DNA of 63,283 nt, filler included, from Gonapodya sp. JEL0774 (lineage: Eukaryota): assembly GCA_027604505.1 (NCBI GenBank). It is 51 parts of 51 records of this genome, joined end to end, with 100 filler letters (N's around TTAATTAATTAA, not from the genome) between each part and the next. Parts side by side here need not be neighbours in the genome. Positions count along the whole stretch, not along the records: positions 37,407 to 38,547 come from JADIIX010003772.1; positions 38,648 to 39,787 come from JADIIX010003773.1; positions 39,888 to 41,026 come from JADIIX010003774.1; positions 41,127 to 42,265 come from JADIIX010003775.1; positions 42,366 to 43,504 come from JADIIX010003776.1; positions 43,605 to 44,743 come from JADIIX010003777.1; positions 44,844 to 45,982 come from JADIIX010003778.1; positions 46,083 to 47,221 come from JADIIX010003779.1; 43 more parts are not named here. One strand, 5' to 3'. Both the position numbers and the translations under genes were made by a program. Position 1 is the stretch's first letter. Each line of letters begins with the position of its first letter. Below, piece after piece: positions 37,585 to 49,797 of this stretch. The notes below the pieces were generated by a model, which worked only from the letters and a program-made list of their open reading frames with translations, was not told the DNA's origin and did no database searches.

Positions 37585-38473
37585 ATGCCAATCAATATGG
37601 GTACAGCGGCTACAACCATCGAAACATCCACCGGGAAGTACTTTATATGGAACTCCACGTCGTCTGCCCTCCTCATGCGCCATGCCAACGTAATCCGGCC
37701 ATTCGAAGCAACAGGAAAGGGAGACACAATGCAAAAGCGCTGGATGGACGTCGCGGAGGCCATCAGAAAGGAGAACCCGGTGCTTTACGCGAAGGTCACC
37801 CACCAGAACACCGATCGCCGGGTCAAGGCCCTCGTGATTGCCTGGGAGCAGCGGAACAACGCTTCGGAAAAGCTCACAGGTGAGAATGAGGAGGAGTCAG
37901 AGTTAGATGCGATGGTTGAGGAATATGCAAATGCGGTGAGTGACACAAGCAGCTGTATGTCGAGGGTTGGTTTTGGACATCACCATCGCACACATACATC
38001 ACAACAGCAAGCGGCCTTCAACGCAGACCTTGCCGACAACAAGGAGAACGCTTTGGCTGATAGGAAACGGGACATGAAGCTGGCAGCTGGTGAGTTGGGA
38101 GTGTTGTTTGCTCACTTCCCCATTAGACATCAGACAGAACGCCACGGAAACGCTCTCCAAGAAGCGTGCACTAGGAATGCAAGAGGAGGACGAGGAATGG
38201 ACCGCGGCGGACATCACCAACAGGAAGAAACGCGGGAGATATGCTTCAGATGCACGGAACAGCCTTCTTAGGCTGGAGCAATTGCTGAAGGAGGACAACC
38301 AGGAGAAAGAGGGTTACCTAGCAATAGCAAGGAAAGCAGAGGAGAGAAGAACAAAGGAGTTGGAGCTCAAGGAGAGGAAGTTAGCAGTGGAGGAAGAGCA
38401 AGTGAGGGTGGCTGCAGCAAACCAGCAGATGATTATGGAGATTTTTAAGAGTTTGATAAGCAACAAGCAATAA
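37585..38473 (+). mobile_element. Harbinger accessory ORF (Myb/SANT-like plus coiled coil), complete, three exons (copy 2)
   Basis: FIWNSTSSALL...PFEA...KRWMDVAEAI...DRRVKALV...EKLTGENEEESELD; same intron positions as copy 1. Confidence 0.82.
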
Positions 38474-38496
38474 CTATGTATTTCAATAGAAATTTG

Positions 38497-38547
38497 TTAC
38501 ATATATGCTTGCAAATATGCATTGATTGATGGGGGCTCGACTCCGAA
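38497..38547 (-). mobile_element. Harbinger transposase extreme C-terminus (copy 2)
   Basis: FGVEPPSINAYLQAYM* matches copy 1 FGVEPPSIETYLQAYM*. Confidence 0.88.
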
Positions 38548-38846
38548 NNNNNNNNNNNNNNNNNNNNNNNNNNNNNNNNNNNNNNNNNNNNTTAATTAAT
38601 TAANNNNNNNNNNNNNNNNNNNNNNNNNNNNNNNNNNNNNNNNNNNNTCCTGCCTCTGGCACGCATCATCCACGGGGGAAACGCTGCGCGTTTTTCCCCG
38701 CGATGTGCCAGACCGCTCCTTACACTGTTGCTCTACACGGGCACGCGTACTAACCACACCGGCACCCTCCTGCCGGCCCCGTTTGCGCGTTCCCCGTTGT
38801 CATTCGAGTTTCACACCGTCTGACCCCGTCCCGTCCCTCCCAGATC

Positions 38847-39787
38847 ATGTCTCAACATTCTGGCAAGCGCGACCGCGACGCGTCTCCTCCCCCAGAGGAG
38901 CAACCACCCCGCTCAAAGGCTCGGAGCGACGACGTCTCTATGTCTCGCTCCGACCTTGAAGAACTCTTGGCTCAAGTCGCCTCTAAGGCCGCCAAGGAAG
39001 CACTTGCGTCCCATGGACCGGCTTCCTCCTCTTCTGCGGTGAGTGTTCTTTCCGGGTGTCCCACCCTTTGAGCTGGCACACCCTCCGTCCGTTTTGCTGA
39101 CGGCCCCGATCCCTCTCCTAGCCCCTCACGCCTAAGTCTAAGGCGCTTGCAGACGATGCGCACGACCAAGCGCAGAAGGAGAAGGACCGCAAGTACCGGG
39201 CGCTTCAGGCACGCAAAGCTGCCGAAGCTACCTCCGCGCCCCCTCGGTCCTCTGCAGCTAAGCTGCTCCGTCAGACCATGGATGGCAAGCGGGTCCCCGT
39301 ATCCCAGCAAGACGACGGCATTGTGCTCCCGAGCGCCTTCCTCGGAGCCAAGGTCGATCCACGGCAGCGCGCGCTTATCCTCACCAGCGCGGCCTCCTCC
39401 CCGTCCCTCCCACGCGACCGGTCTCCCACTCGCGCCACCTCCACGACTCTACCCATCGAAGTAGACTCGGAGGACGATACGGGCATGGATCTCGACCACA
39501 ACCCCTTGGATCCCGACGCTGACCACACCTCCGAGCGTGGCTCCAACGACGGCGACGAGAGCGACCGGAACTTCGATTCCGATGATGACAGTCACTCATC
39601 ACGCTCTGGCTCCCGCGCCTCCAGCCCCAGCGCCCTGGCCTCCGGCTCCGTTGATCCCTTCTCAGTCGACCCCAACGAGCCCCTCCCCAACCCGGGGATC
39701 GATGTCCACGGTGTGCGCTCTAAGCGCTCGGCTCCGGCTAAACCAGCCTTCCACCCCCGCATCGCCAAGTTCGCAGGCCCTTACGGG
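38847..39787 (+). CDS. Low-complexity Ser/Asp/Pro-rich protein, 5' part, one intron
   Basis: Exon 38847-39038, then intron GTGAGT...CCTAG, then open frame through 39787. Confidence 0.55.
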
Positions 39788-40055
39788 NNNNNNNNNNNNN
39801 NNNNNNNNNNNNNNNNNNNNNNNNNNNNNNNTTAATTAATTAANNNNNNNNNNNNNNNNNNNNNNNNNNNNNNNNNNNNNNNNNNNNAGCATCTGCGTCA
39901 ATCGCTGTATTCGGTTCGCCACAGCTGGCACTGCATGAACTTACCCACAGAAACTCGTCGCCCCCCCTCAGTCCTTACATTTCATCGGTACTCGAAACTT
40001 TCATTTCCGGTATAATATTGACTCCACCCGCGCGATCGCGCCTTCCAGCGCCTCG

Positions 40056-40925
40056 ATGCACTCCCGGCAGCCCTTCACCTTCACCGGCCTGCCGGCTGAA
40101 ATCCTCCTTCACATCGCCAACCGCCTTGAATCTCGTCTTGGATTACCGACGGGCGCTCTCAATAGACGTCTGACCAACATCTTCCGCACTCCCTCAAGCA
40201 TCGCAGTGAGGGCACTCGCTCACTACCAGCACCCACCCAAGACTTTAGTGTGGGAATGTTGGAGATCTGGAGCTGAGCAGCACCTCGTAATCAAGGCGAT
40301 CTTGGAGCGTGTTGAGCGGTGCGATGAGTTCAAGATCGATAACACGGCCGTTGGTCCTCATGGCGTCGATGTTACCCCGTTGGTTGCAGCAGCTTGGGCC
40401 GGAAACACCACTACTGTGAAAATTCTACTCAATGTAGGGGCTAGCTTTCATCTTTCCTGGGTAGAGTTCATTGCGTGGGCCTGTGCAGGCCATGGCCACC
40501 TGGAGGTGGTGAAGCTGTTGATGGAGAACGGGGCTGACACTCAAGTTTGGCTTGATGAATTCCTCCACGAGGGCTCAAGCAACGGCCATACAGGCGTTGT
40601 TCGCTTCCTGTTGAACCAGGGTGCCGAGGTGAACCCGGGACACAGGTGTTACCTTTATGGTCCCTTGCAAGCGGCTGCACTGGGGGGTCATGTCGAGGTG
40701 GTATCAATACTGCTGGACCACGGAGCGGATATTCATTTCTCAGGCAATGAGGCGCTTTGGTTTGCAGTGAGGGAAGGGAAAGCCGCAGTAGTGAGGCTAC
40801 TGTTGGAGCGAGGAGCGGATGCCATCGGAGAATCGGAACAAGCAAAGGGTGCAATGGCAAAAGCAAAGGACAAGGGCTTTACGGAGATTCTTGACCTGCT
40901 GAGATTGCATTCTACCAGGGAGTGA
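40056..40925 (+). CDS. F-box-like plus ankyrin-repeat protein, intronless, complete (289 aa)
   Basis: FTGLPAEILLHIA at the N-terminus; about five ANK repeats (TPLVAAAWAGN, GHLEVVKLLMENGAD, GHVEVVSILLDHGADIH). Confidence 0.9.
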   Translation: MHSRQPFTFTGLPAEILLHIANRLESRLGLPTGALNRRLTNIFRTPSSIAVRALAHYQHPPKTLVWECWRSGAEQHLVIKAILERVERCDEFKIDNTAVGPHGVDVTPLVAAAWAGNTTTVKILLNVGASFHLSWVEFIAWACAGHGHLEVVKLLMENGADTQVWLDEFLHEGSSNGHTGVVRFLLNQGAEVNPGHRCYLYGPLQAAALGGHVEVVSILLDHGADIHFSGNEALWFAVREGKAAVVRLLLERGADAIGESEQAKGAMAKAKDKGFTEILDLLRLHSTRE

Positions 40926-41692
40926 ACACCATTATAAATAATTAGAACATCAGCGCCCCAAATGCCTTGTCTTCAGTTCTGGCAATTTCTTGAGCCACCT
41001 TGTATGTGTAATGTGTATTGGTCTATNNNNNNNNNNNNNNNNNNNNNNNNNNNNNNNNNNNNNNNNNNNNTTAATTAATTAANNNNNNNNNNNNNNNNNN
41101 NNNNNNNNNNNNNNNNNNNNNNNNNNATCAGACTGAATCAGACAAGTTTCTGATCGGCCGAAATGGATTCCTTCATGCGACGATCCTACTGCACTCACAC
41201 CACAACAGCGGCCCCCCAGCTTTGGCATCCTCTTGCAACCTATCAATGTGGCCTTTTCGGACGCTCGCGCGCCTTGGACCAGAGTCTTAGTGGTGGAACC
41301 AAAGACAGTGCGCCGGGGAAACGCAACGGAATCCGAGTTACCACTGGAAACTTTAGGATCCGATACATAGCAACGCACCTGGAACATCGTGACAAACGGC
41401 GAGGAAGACTGGCATGGGGATCGCGTGGTATGATTCAGAGATGGCGATTCCAGTATGTTACGACACGGATCGGCTTCAACTCATGCCGGGAGCAGCCGAC
41501 GAAAAGCTCAAACATATTATTTCATCCAACGGTCCGTAAAGCTTTGTCACATATCATTTCAAGGATGTGGCGATATCCTTCACATCGATTCTCGCCGTGC
41601 ACGATCTTGATCTCACGTGTTCCAAAACCCGTCCACCTTCACGATATACCTTCACATTACACAGTACCACTGGGCGCACTCCGAGACCATGC

Positions 41693-42265
41693 TTAGGACC
41701 TTGTAGCCTCTACTGTCTTCCTGACATCCTCCACCACCTCTCTCAATCCCTCCGCAAACTTCTTAGCATCTGTATCCGCACAAGACCTCCTGGCTGACAC
41801 GCTACTTCCCATCCAGCTATCCTGAAGATTGTAGTTGAGCCCATACCCGTTCTCAACAACGGGTCCGAATCCGGCAACGGTATGTGGCGACACGGAAAGG
41901 TTCGAGGTCGAGAGACGGAAGTCCGTGGAGCGAACGACGAGTGGGTCGGAAAAGAGTGGCGGTGGAGTAGCAGCAAAGCGAGCTGCGCAGAAAAGTCAAA
42001 GTCGTTCGTTGAGATTTGGGCGCCAGCACCAGATGAATACACGGGGAATCCAAGAGACTCACATTCCGGAAGCATGGACTTCACACCTAACATGTACCTG
42101 TCGACTCCCATACCAGCACTGGCCTCTTTCAGATATTTGACGTGAGCGTCACACGCAGCCTTCAAGAGGGCAACTTTCTCTTTCTCCGTGACCTCTTTCT
42201 TATCGAACGACCTCGCAAACGCCTCCGAGTCCACCGACAGCGTCCTGCACGTCTCGGTACGGCCG
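41693..42265 (-). CDS. Carnitine O-acyltransferase, 3' part
   Basis: GRTETCRTLS, GMGVDRYMLG, FRLSTS, GFGPVVENGYGLNY. Confidence 0.93.
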
Positions 42266-42365
42266 NNNNNNNNNNNNNNNNNNNNNNNNNNNNNNNNNNN
42301 NNNNNNNNNTTAATTAATTAANNNNNNNNNNNNNNNNNNNNNNNNNNNNNNNNNNNNNNNNNNNN

Positions 42366-43504
42366 CGATACTTTATGGCGGAGTACTTGCAATATAACTC
42401 CACGATATCAAGGGCCATCGTCATGGTGGAGAACAGAAGAACTCGGTGCCCTTGCTCTTTCAGTTTCGAGAACATACGATCCATTACAGCCAGTTTCCCG
42501 CTCTTTTCGATGAGCTCTTTCCTCGCTGTCTCTGGATCTGGAAATTCTGGCTAAACAAAACAAAAGCAACAGCGTTTTACTTGTGGGGGGCGGTCATTCC
42601 GCATTGTGTTCACTTGCAAAGCTCACAAGGGATTCCTCGAGAAGAAATGGATGATGCAACAAACGACGCCTTATGTGAGTGAAGACTAGTTGGGTGATAA
42701 GCTCAAGGATTAACGGCCGCAAGAAATTACACACAGGCGTGATAGAATCCGCGACAGGCCAACAACCCGAGTATTCCCCTTCCCTCGATTCCCCGCGGCT
42801 TTGAGCAATTCAAAGTTACCCGCGAGAATCGCACGGTACAACTGTCGCTGAGTCTTGCTCACTGAAAACGTATTCTTGAGGTTATGAACATTTCCACGTG
42901 GATTTTTTGACGGATGTCTGCTCACATGAAACGGGTACAATCGTCTCCGTCTTCGAAGGCAAATTATCCAAAACGTCGGTTTTAACCCGTCGCAACATTA
43001 CGCGCTTCAGAAGCTAGAGATATGGAGCCTGATATATCAGTCAATGTTCCGGGCCTTCACTCGAACGAAAGGTCACCTCATGGAGTTCCGGGATCTTTTC
43101 CTTTATAAGCTGCCCTTCCTCGTTCTGGTATTCGTTCAAGAACTCCTCACCATCAGGGAATTTCTCCTTGTCAAGGAGATTTAGTAAGGAGAAGAGTTCG
43201 CGAAGGTTATTCTGCGAGCCACATAAAAGCACCAGTCACAAAATTCAACTATCAAGAGCCAGAATCAACCGAAAACCAACCTGCAGCGGCGTCCCTGTCA
43301 TAAGGACCTTAAAACCGGTGTCAAGTTGGTTTATATTGTTGAAAAAAAGACCAGTGTCGTTCTTGACCCTGTGTCCTTCATCCACAATCAGGATCTCCCA
43401 TCTGGGCGCCACCGTAGCGAAAGTCCCGTGCTCCATGATCAACATCTCTGACGTTGTGACGACAACATGGCACTTCAAAGCTTTCTTTCCCTTGACTCGC
43501 TTCG
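42366..43504 (-). CDS. CHD/Mi-2-type SNF2 chromatin remodeller, ATPase fragment
   Basis: HVVVTTSE, WEILIVDEGHRVKN, LMTGTPLQ|NNLRELFSLL, VMLRRVKTDVL, QRQLYRAIL. Confidence 0.93.
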
Positions 43505-43687
43505 NNNNNNNNNNNNNNNNNNNNNNNNNNNNNNNNNNNNNNNNNNNNTTAATTAATTAANNNNNNNNNNNNNNNNNNNNNNNNNNNNNNNNNNNNNNNN
43601 NNNNTTGCGATGAAAATGCGTCGATGCTGTGTTCATTCAATACACACATGTACTTTTCATATTCCAGGAAAAGCTTGCAAGCTTTTT

Positions 43688-44743
43688 GGACATATCTTGT
43701 GCCCAAGAGGACATATAATTGACAGCTGTGGGACAGCAAATCATGACGTTGGACGAATCCACCCCCGCGTAAGGTACGGTATTAACTGTCTGGGACAGTT
43801 AGTCTGTCCTTTTGGACATAAGTGTGGTGTTTGTCAAAAGGATTGTCCACCAATATTCATTTTTTCACATTTTTCTTTTCATTCCTCTTTTGTTTCTAAA
43901 AATAGTTATCTAGAAAAGGATAATAGATCTATCCCAACCTGTTAATCCCAGCTTGTAATAGGAGCGCCGTTGTCCCATTTCTGGATTAATCCATCCCCAG
44001 TTTGGACGCGATATATCCTAAAATTACGATCATCTATCCTGGCGTTAACGCCAACACCATCCACCCACCGCTCTTCCTGCCTGCGCACATTGCCCCGCGT
44101 TGCGCCAGACTCAGTACTTATCAGCTGTCCGCTGTTTTATTGTCCTTTGAATCTTATCAAAGTGGACGAACATGAGCCTTTACTTTTTGCAGTGTGGATG
44201 ATTATGTAACAATCCCCTTCTCCCCAACTAATTTCGCCCTCCCTCGCACGCTCGCCTCCACTGCCTGGTCGAGTAGAGAGTTGGCTGCATTCTCGCCCAT
44301 GGACTCGGATGTGTGGTTTTTGTACCCATGAGGAAATGTCCTGGCGTACGCGAATGGCCCACTCAGGATAAATGTGATTGTAGGAACTGTCCACACCTTC
44401 CGTCCCCGATTCATTGCCACACTCTGGCGAGTAAGCATTACAAAGATGTCTTTTGCGTTACAAAACGCCCCGAGCAATTGAACATGGCAAGTCGGGACAT
44501 ATCTTGTACCGTGGGAGGACATTTTGTTAGCAGGGCTGGGACAGCAAAGGTCCAGCGTGGACGAATCAACACCGCATAAGGTACGATATTAACGGTCTGG
44601 GACAGTTAGTTTGTCCTTTTTGACATAAGTAGTGTTTGTCAGAAAGGATTGTCCATCAATATCCATTTTTTCATTTTTCTTTTCATTCCTCTTTTGTTTC
44701 TAAAAAATAGTTATCTAGAAAAGGATAATAGATCTATCCCAAC
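43688..44743. repeat. Diverged direct repeat of about 250 bp, two copies (about 43688-43938 and 44494-44743)
   Basis: Both copies run GGACATATCTTGT...GGGACAGCAAA...TAAGGTACG...CATTCCTCTTTTGTTTCTAAAAATAGTTATCTAGAAAAGGATAATAGATCTATCCCAAC. Confidence 0.92.
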
Positions 44744-44843
44744 NNNNNNNNNNNNNNNNNNNNNNNNNNNNNNNNNNNNNNNNNNNNTTAATTAATTAAN
44801 NNNNNNNNNNNNNNNNNNNNNNNNNNNNNNNNNNNNNNNNNNN

Positions 44844-45065
44844 ACTCGAATCGATCACCATGACAAGTGGCGGCTTGTATGACTCTGGGTCACCAGGATA
44901 GCCGGGATTAACGGAGTAGATGGGAGGTGGCTGCTCTGCTGTATAGTACGGGCTCGACGGTCTTTGTCTAGCATCAATGGCAACTTGTTGTGAAGGGATA
45001 CCAAGACTCGATCCAGAGTCCCCAGTAGGCGCAACGAGGGGACGACGGTCATCCGACTTTGACAT
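44844..45065 (-). CDS. Hypothetical protein 5' end with a PPxY-like motif
   Basis: MSKSDDRRPLVA...EQPPPIYS...; open to the contig edge. Confidence 0.4.
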
Positions 45066-45318
45066 TTCGGAGTGTTCGGTTGGTATGAAACTCGGATTTG
45101 ACTGGAATACGATATACACAACTCCAGTACTATATGCTGAGGTGTGCTTACGCACAGCTGCACATCACTTATCCGAGATGACATTTAGAGGAAATTGCGT
45201 ACCATGAAGACTGAACATCTCGAATTGAGATGGTACATCGAAAGCTACACTCCTTTTGACATTACCCAGATGCAAATAAAACCCTCCCGATTTGGCGCCC
45301 ACCCTGATGGCCAGATGA

Positions 45319-45982
45319 TTACATGTTCTGGAAGTAAGGATGAAGCAACGCTCTTCGAGCAGAAATTCGTTTGGCTGGATCATAGGTGAGGAGTTGCTGA
45401 GAGGTAATGATCAAAGTTTAGTGATTGAACATTCGTCGTATCCCAAACCAGAGCGCAAAGAGTTTCGCCCTCTAACCGCCCCCTCCGAGAATGTCGACGA
45501 CACACTGTCGCCTACAATGGACACTCACTTCGAGGAGGTCGAGACCGTTAGCATCCAGCGTTTTCACGAATTCCGACAGGGGTCGCTTCGACCACGATGG
45601 GAACGTGTCCTTGTAGTCCGGCAGGCTGCTCACACCTGGCCACACGGCTTCAGTGGGGGTACCGAGGATTCTATGAATGGAAGGTTGTTGTGATCAAAAG
45701 CTCGCGAGGGGCATACGACACGTCTCTACGACATTGAATACGACTACATACCGGAAAATTCGGAACAACTGGTCGATTTCAGAGTCGCCGGGAAAGAGAG
45801 GGGATCGGTTGCACATTTCGGCGAATATGCCTGGCGACCGTTGGGGAAATATGCCAAGCGGCGAGGTGAAAACACAAGGACGAGCCTCAAAGGTCAGCCA
45901 ATACATACATCCGACGCTCCACATATCCAATCCGGTCGAATAGTGGCGACTGCCGAGTAGGACCTCTGGGGCACGATACCAC
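45319..45982 (-). CDS. CDC28: Cyclin-dependent kinase CDK1/Cdc28-like, 3' exons (copy B)
   Basis: [62 protein letters not shown]. Confidence 0.94.
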
Positions 45983-46134
45983 NNNNNNNNNNNNNNNNNN
46001 NNNNNNNNNNNNNNNNNNNNNNNNNNTTAATTAATTAANNNNNNNNNNNNNNNNNNNNNNNNNNNNNNNNNNNNNNNNNNNNCGGAAGCGATCTACGATC
46101 CGACGCTCACCGTTGAATATTTTCCGCTGGTGAT

Positions 46135-47221
46135 ATGGTCTGTGCTCCATCTGCTGTGAGGTGCTTCGCAGCAAGTTGTCGATTCGCTCACCTGGATGAT
46201 TTGTCGTATTAGGCATCGAAAAAGCAACGCGGACTATCATTCGATGACAAGAGGAGGAAAATGTTGGAGATTTTTACAGAGACGAGGGATTTCTGGTCAC
46301 TGTGAGCAGCGGGGTCTTTGAAATTCGCCAGTCATTACAACAACTAACGAGACGAAAAACGCTCTTGGACTGGAATGAACCATCATTCAGGAAAGAACTT
46401 GAAAAAGTAAAGCTATTGTTGTTCAGTTTATCTATTCGGAGATCGATCTCGGAAGTACTCACCTGTGGTTAAATCATACACACAGCTGGGGGCCAAGAAA
46501 GGAGTCAGTGAGTTTCTACTGATTGCAAAAGATTCAGAAAAAACTGCAACACTGGCTGGATCTCCTCGCAAAAGTCTCTCAATCCACAAAAGAGGTGTTG
46601 GATCAGTAAGTCAATGTACCACAGCCATTTGCAGTCGTCACCTATTGATCACTTACGATCGCACGAGCGACGCACAGTCTTGTAGCGGACCATCTCGTGA
46701 TCATGGAAAAGGTAATGTACCTGCACCAGCTGGATCATCCTGTTGCGTGTACAGGACTTTTCAATCGAACTATTCGACACCGTGATCACCACAACTTAGA
46801 TCGGAGCTTCGAACTATTTCTGGTCTTTCCCTTCACAGGGATTGGTCACTAGAAAGCGCAAGGTTCGTTGAGGGTGTTGGGTCCACCTTCACCGTAGAAT
46901 AAAATGCAGGATTACGGGCAATGGGACTGATGGGCCTTGCCCCGATAGATCGATGAATTGGACGCAGAGCTCAAAACCCAAGAAAAGAGATTGAAGGAAC
47001 TCGATGCTGCATTGCAGACCTCCGAAGTAGGAAGAGAAGAATCTGTATGTGTTTGTATGCGTTTTTGCTGCAGCTCGGGCATCCAGATCTCACCGACAAT
47101 GACAACCCAGGCTGAGCGTGACAAAACCATCACGACGCTTGCGGCAGCTGAAAGCGAGCACCAGAGTCTGATCGCGGAGCTTCAGTTGTACAAGGACAAT
47201 GATCCCGAGGTGCTCGCAAAG
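46135..47221 (+). CDS. MND1: Meiotic nuclear division protein 1 (3' partial, nine short exons)
   Basis: Spliced M|ASKKQRGLSFDDKRRKMLEIFTETRDFWSL|KELEK|LGAKKGVI|SQSTKEVLDH|LVADHLVIMEK|IGASNYFWSFPS...YKDNDPE. Confidence 0.93.
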
Positions 47222-47321
47222 NNNNNNNNNNNNNNNNNNNNNNNNNNNNNNNNNNNNNNNNNNNNTTAATTAATTAANNNNNNNNNNNNNNNNNNNNNNN
47301 NNNNNNNNNNNNNNNNNNNNN

Positions 47322-48400
47322 GGAGTAACAGAGGATCCTGATCGTCAATCTGCAAACCTTTTCTAATGGAACGTAATGCGGGGATGTACTTTTCTGAGCA
47401 AAAGCAAAAGGGTCTGTCAGTCAATTGTCTCGATAGCAACGGCGACTCCACTCACTTCGACGAATATAAACGTGAGCCCCCAGGGTCTGCGACTCAATTC
47501 GGCTCGGAGAGAGGTCTTGCAAAGATCTCACAAACTTAGTAGCCTCAACGAGAACGTCCGGTACCTTGATTTGAAGAATGAGTTCAGGAACTCCCAAAAG
47601 TTTGAAGCATAAACTCACATTCAGAAGTTTCTCCCCTTCTGGGTCGTCATCTACCGCCTTTTTCTTGTCATCTGCTTTGCCTGTGACGAACGATCACCTC
47701 GTGCTACTTTCGGGTTCTGGACAGATATCAAACCACCACTCGCCTTTTGCTTTCGGTTCAATCTTCTCTTCGGCCGCCCTCAGCTCCTGCTTACGTGCCT
47801 TTTTCAAAGCTTTCTTTTTGTCAGCTTCGGTCATGTTTGCAAACTCTTCCGGTTCGTCTTTCGCTGTTTTGAGTTCCGGGTGGTCAAAGAGTGAAAGATA
47901 AACCTGTGTTCGATCAATTCGGTAAATGGTGAGTTTGTGAACGGATGCTGTTTGGGAATAACATCGCACAAACCTTAGCAGCCGCAACAGCGGCAGAAAA
48001 GTAGAAGGGGTGGTCACGCAATTTGTCTGCCCATCGCAGCATCCTGCGATGACAAACTCACATTTTCTCGGTGCAACCACAGCAAGGCAAAAGTCGTCGT
48101 GACTTACTCGACGTATGCTCGTACAGTCCCCTTACGTGCTGCGTAACCGTGGAAGTCAAATTGATCGTCGAAGAAATCGGCAAAGTGCTTTTACGATCGC
48201 TTTAGCTTCACTCCATTTGCCGTTTTGTCGAATCGCGGTACACTGTACCTTTTCGATTTCATGGAATCGCTTAAGCGCCCTTCCCATTTTGTTCTGTCGC
48301 ACCCAACTGTTAGCGCTCTCTGTAGCAAACCAGAGGCACTGCATCTCGAGAAGATCCGCCACTGAACTCGTATCAGGCTGACGCAGGAACAATTTTGAGC
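47322..48400 (-). CDS. NAA15: NatA auxiliary subunit (Nat1/NAA15), internal fragment
   Basis: DLLEMQCLWFATESANSW...GRALKRFHEIEK, DQFDFHGYAARKGTVRAYV, LRDHPFY, AVDDDPEGEKL, KYIPALRSI. Confidence 0.93.
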
Positions 48401-48559
48401 GTTCACATCAAAAGATTGTGGTGCATTCTTAACCCACCTTGGTGAACAGGCCAACAATCNNNNNNNNNNNNNNNNNNNNNNNNNNNNNNNNNNNNNNNNN
48501 NNNTTAATTAATTAANNNNNNNNNNNNNNNNNNNNNNNNNNNNNNNNNNNNNNNNNNNN

Positions 48560-49697
48560 GTTCTGACTCCCGGATAGACACCACTGTCTCACTCGGCATT
48601 GTTTGCTCACCCACAGTACCCTTCCCATCGCGTAACACTCGTATGTATCGATGTTCTCGGCCATGGTCTTTCGGACCACCGCCACCGACAAGTGGAATAC
48701 TCCGACTGGAGATGTGTAGCAGACGTGGAATCAGTGAGAGAGCAGCTTGGGTGGACAAAGTTTCACGGTCTGGGGCACTCGATGGTGCGTGTTGTGCTGC
48801 AAGCGGTGTCGCCTGCGCTACAGCCGATCCGTTAATGTCTCACCCAACCCGCATCCCCACACCCCCAGGGCTGCCAAATCCTTGGTCTGTACGCGGGTAC
48901 CTACCCCAATCGTGTCACAACTCTCTCACTCATCGACTCCCTCGGACCTTGGGCTACTCCGACGGAGCTCCAACCTTCGTTCATGGCCGAATATGTCCGC
49001 GACGCCAAGCGTGCGGGGACGAAGAGAAAACCCTTGTACCCGACGGTGCATGATGCGTTGGTGGCGAGGAGCAAAGGGAGCAACATTCCCCTGACATATG
49101 AAGGAGCAAAGGTGCTGTGTTCGCGAGGATTGATGGAGGTGGAGTTGGAGGGCGAGGGGTTGGCAGCACCCTCAGCGGCGGATGTGCCGTTGACACCAAA
49201 GTATGTGATGAAGACTGGGGGAGAGGGTGATTTGGCACAAGGTGCGCAAAAGCGGAAGGAGCCCGTTGTTGTCAAGCAAGAAGAGGAGGAAGAAGAAGAG
49301 GAAGAGGAGGAGGAAGATATGGTGGCAGTGAAAAGGGGCGAAGATGGACAGTTTGAGAAAACGGTGTGGTATACCTGGAGGACAGATCCTGTGAGTCATG
49401 TAGGAGGACATGTCGGATCTTGTCTGATACTGAATTACACCGGGGTCTCGGTCGCCATCAATAGAGCCTCACGCTATCGGGTGGACTTCGTCTCGGGGAA
49501 GAGGTCTCTCTGCAGTTCCTTGGCCGTATTAAATGCCCAACTTTGTGAGTGGTCCCGGTGTATTTGACCCGTATTTTTACCGTATGAAACCGAATTGTCA
49601 CTCTTCAAACCGACCTCACCCTTTCTCGCAGGATTGTGTTGGCAACGAACGGGTACTTTATTAGGTCTCTCCGCCGCAACCCGCCTGACGATGACGC
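48560..49697 (+). CDS. Alpha/beta hydrolase (SERHL-like), internal fragment
   Basis: LVCIDVLGHGLSDH, LGWTKFHGLGHSM|G nucleophile elbow, AGTYPNRV...LIDSLGP, YTWRTDP; poly-Glu insertion. Confidence 0.88.
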
Positions 49698-49797
49698 NNN
49701 NNNNNNNNNNNNNNNNNNNNNNNNNNNNNNNNNNNNNNNNNTTAATTAATTAANNNNNNNNNNNNNNNNNNNNNNNNNNNNNNNNNNNNNNNNNNNN

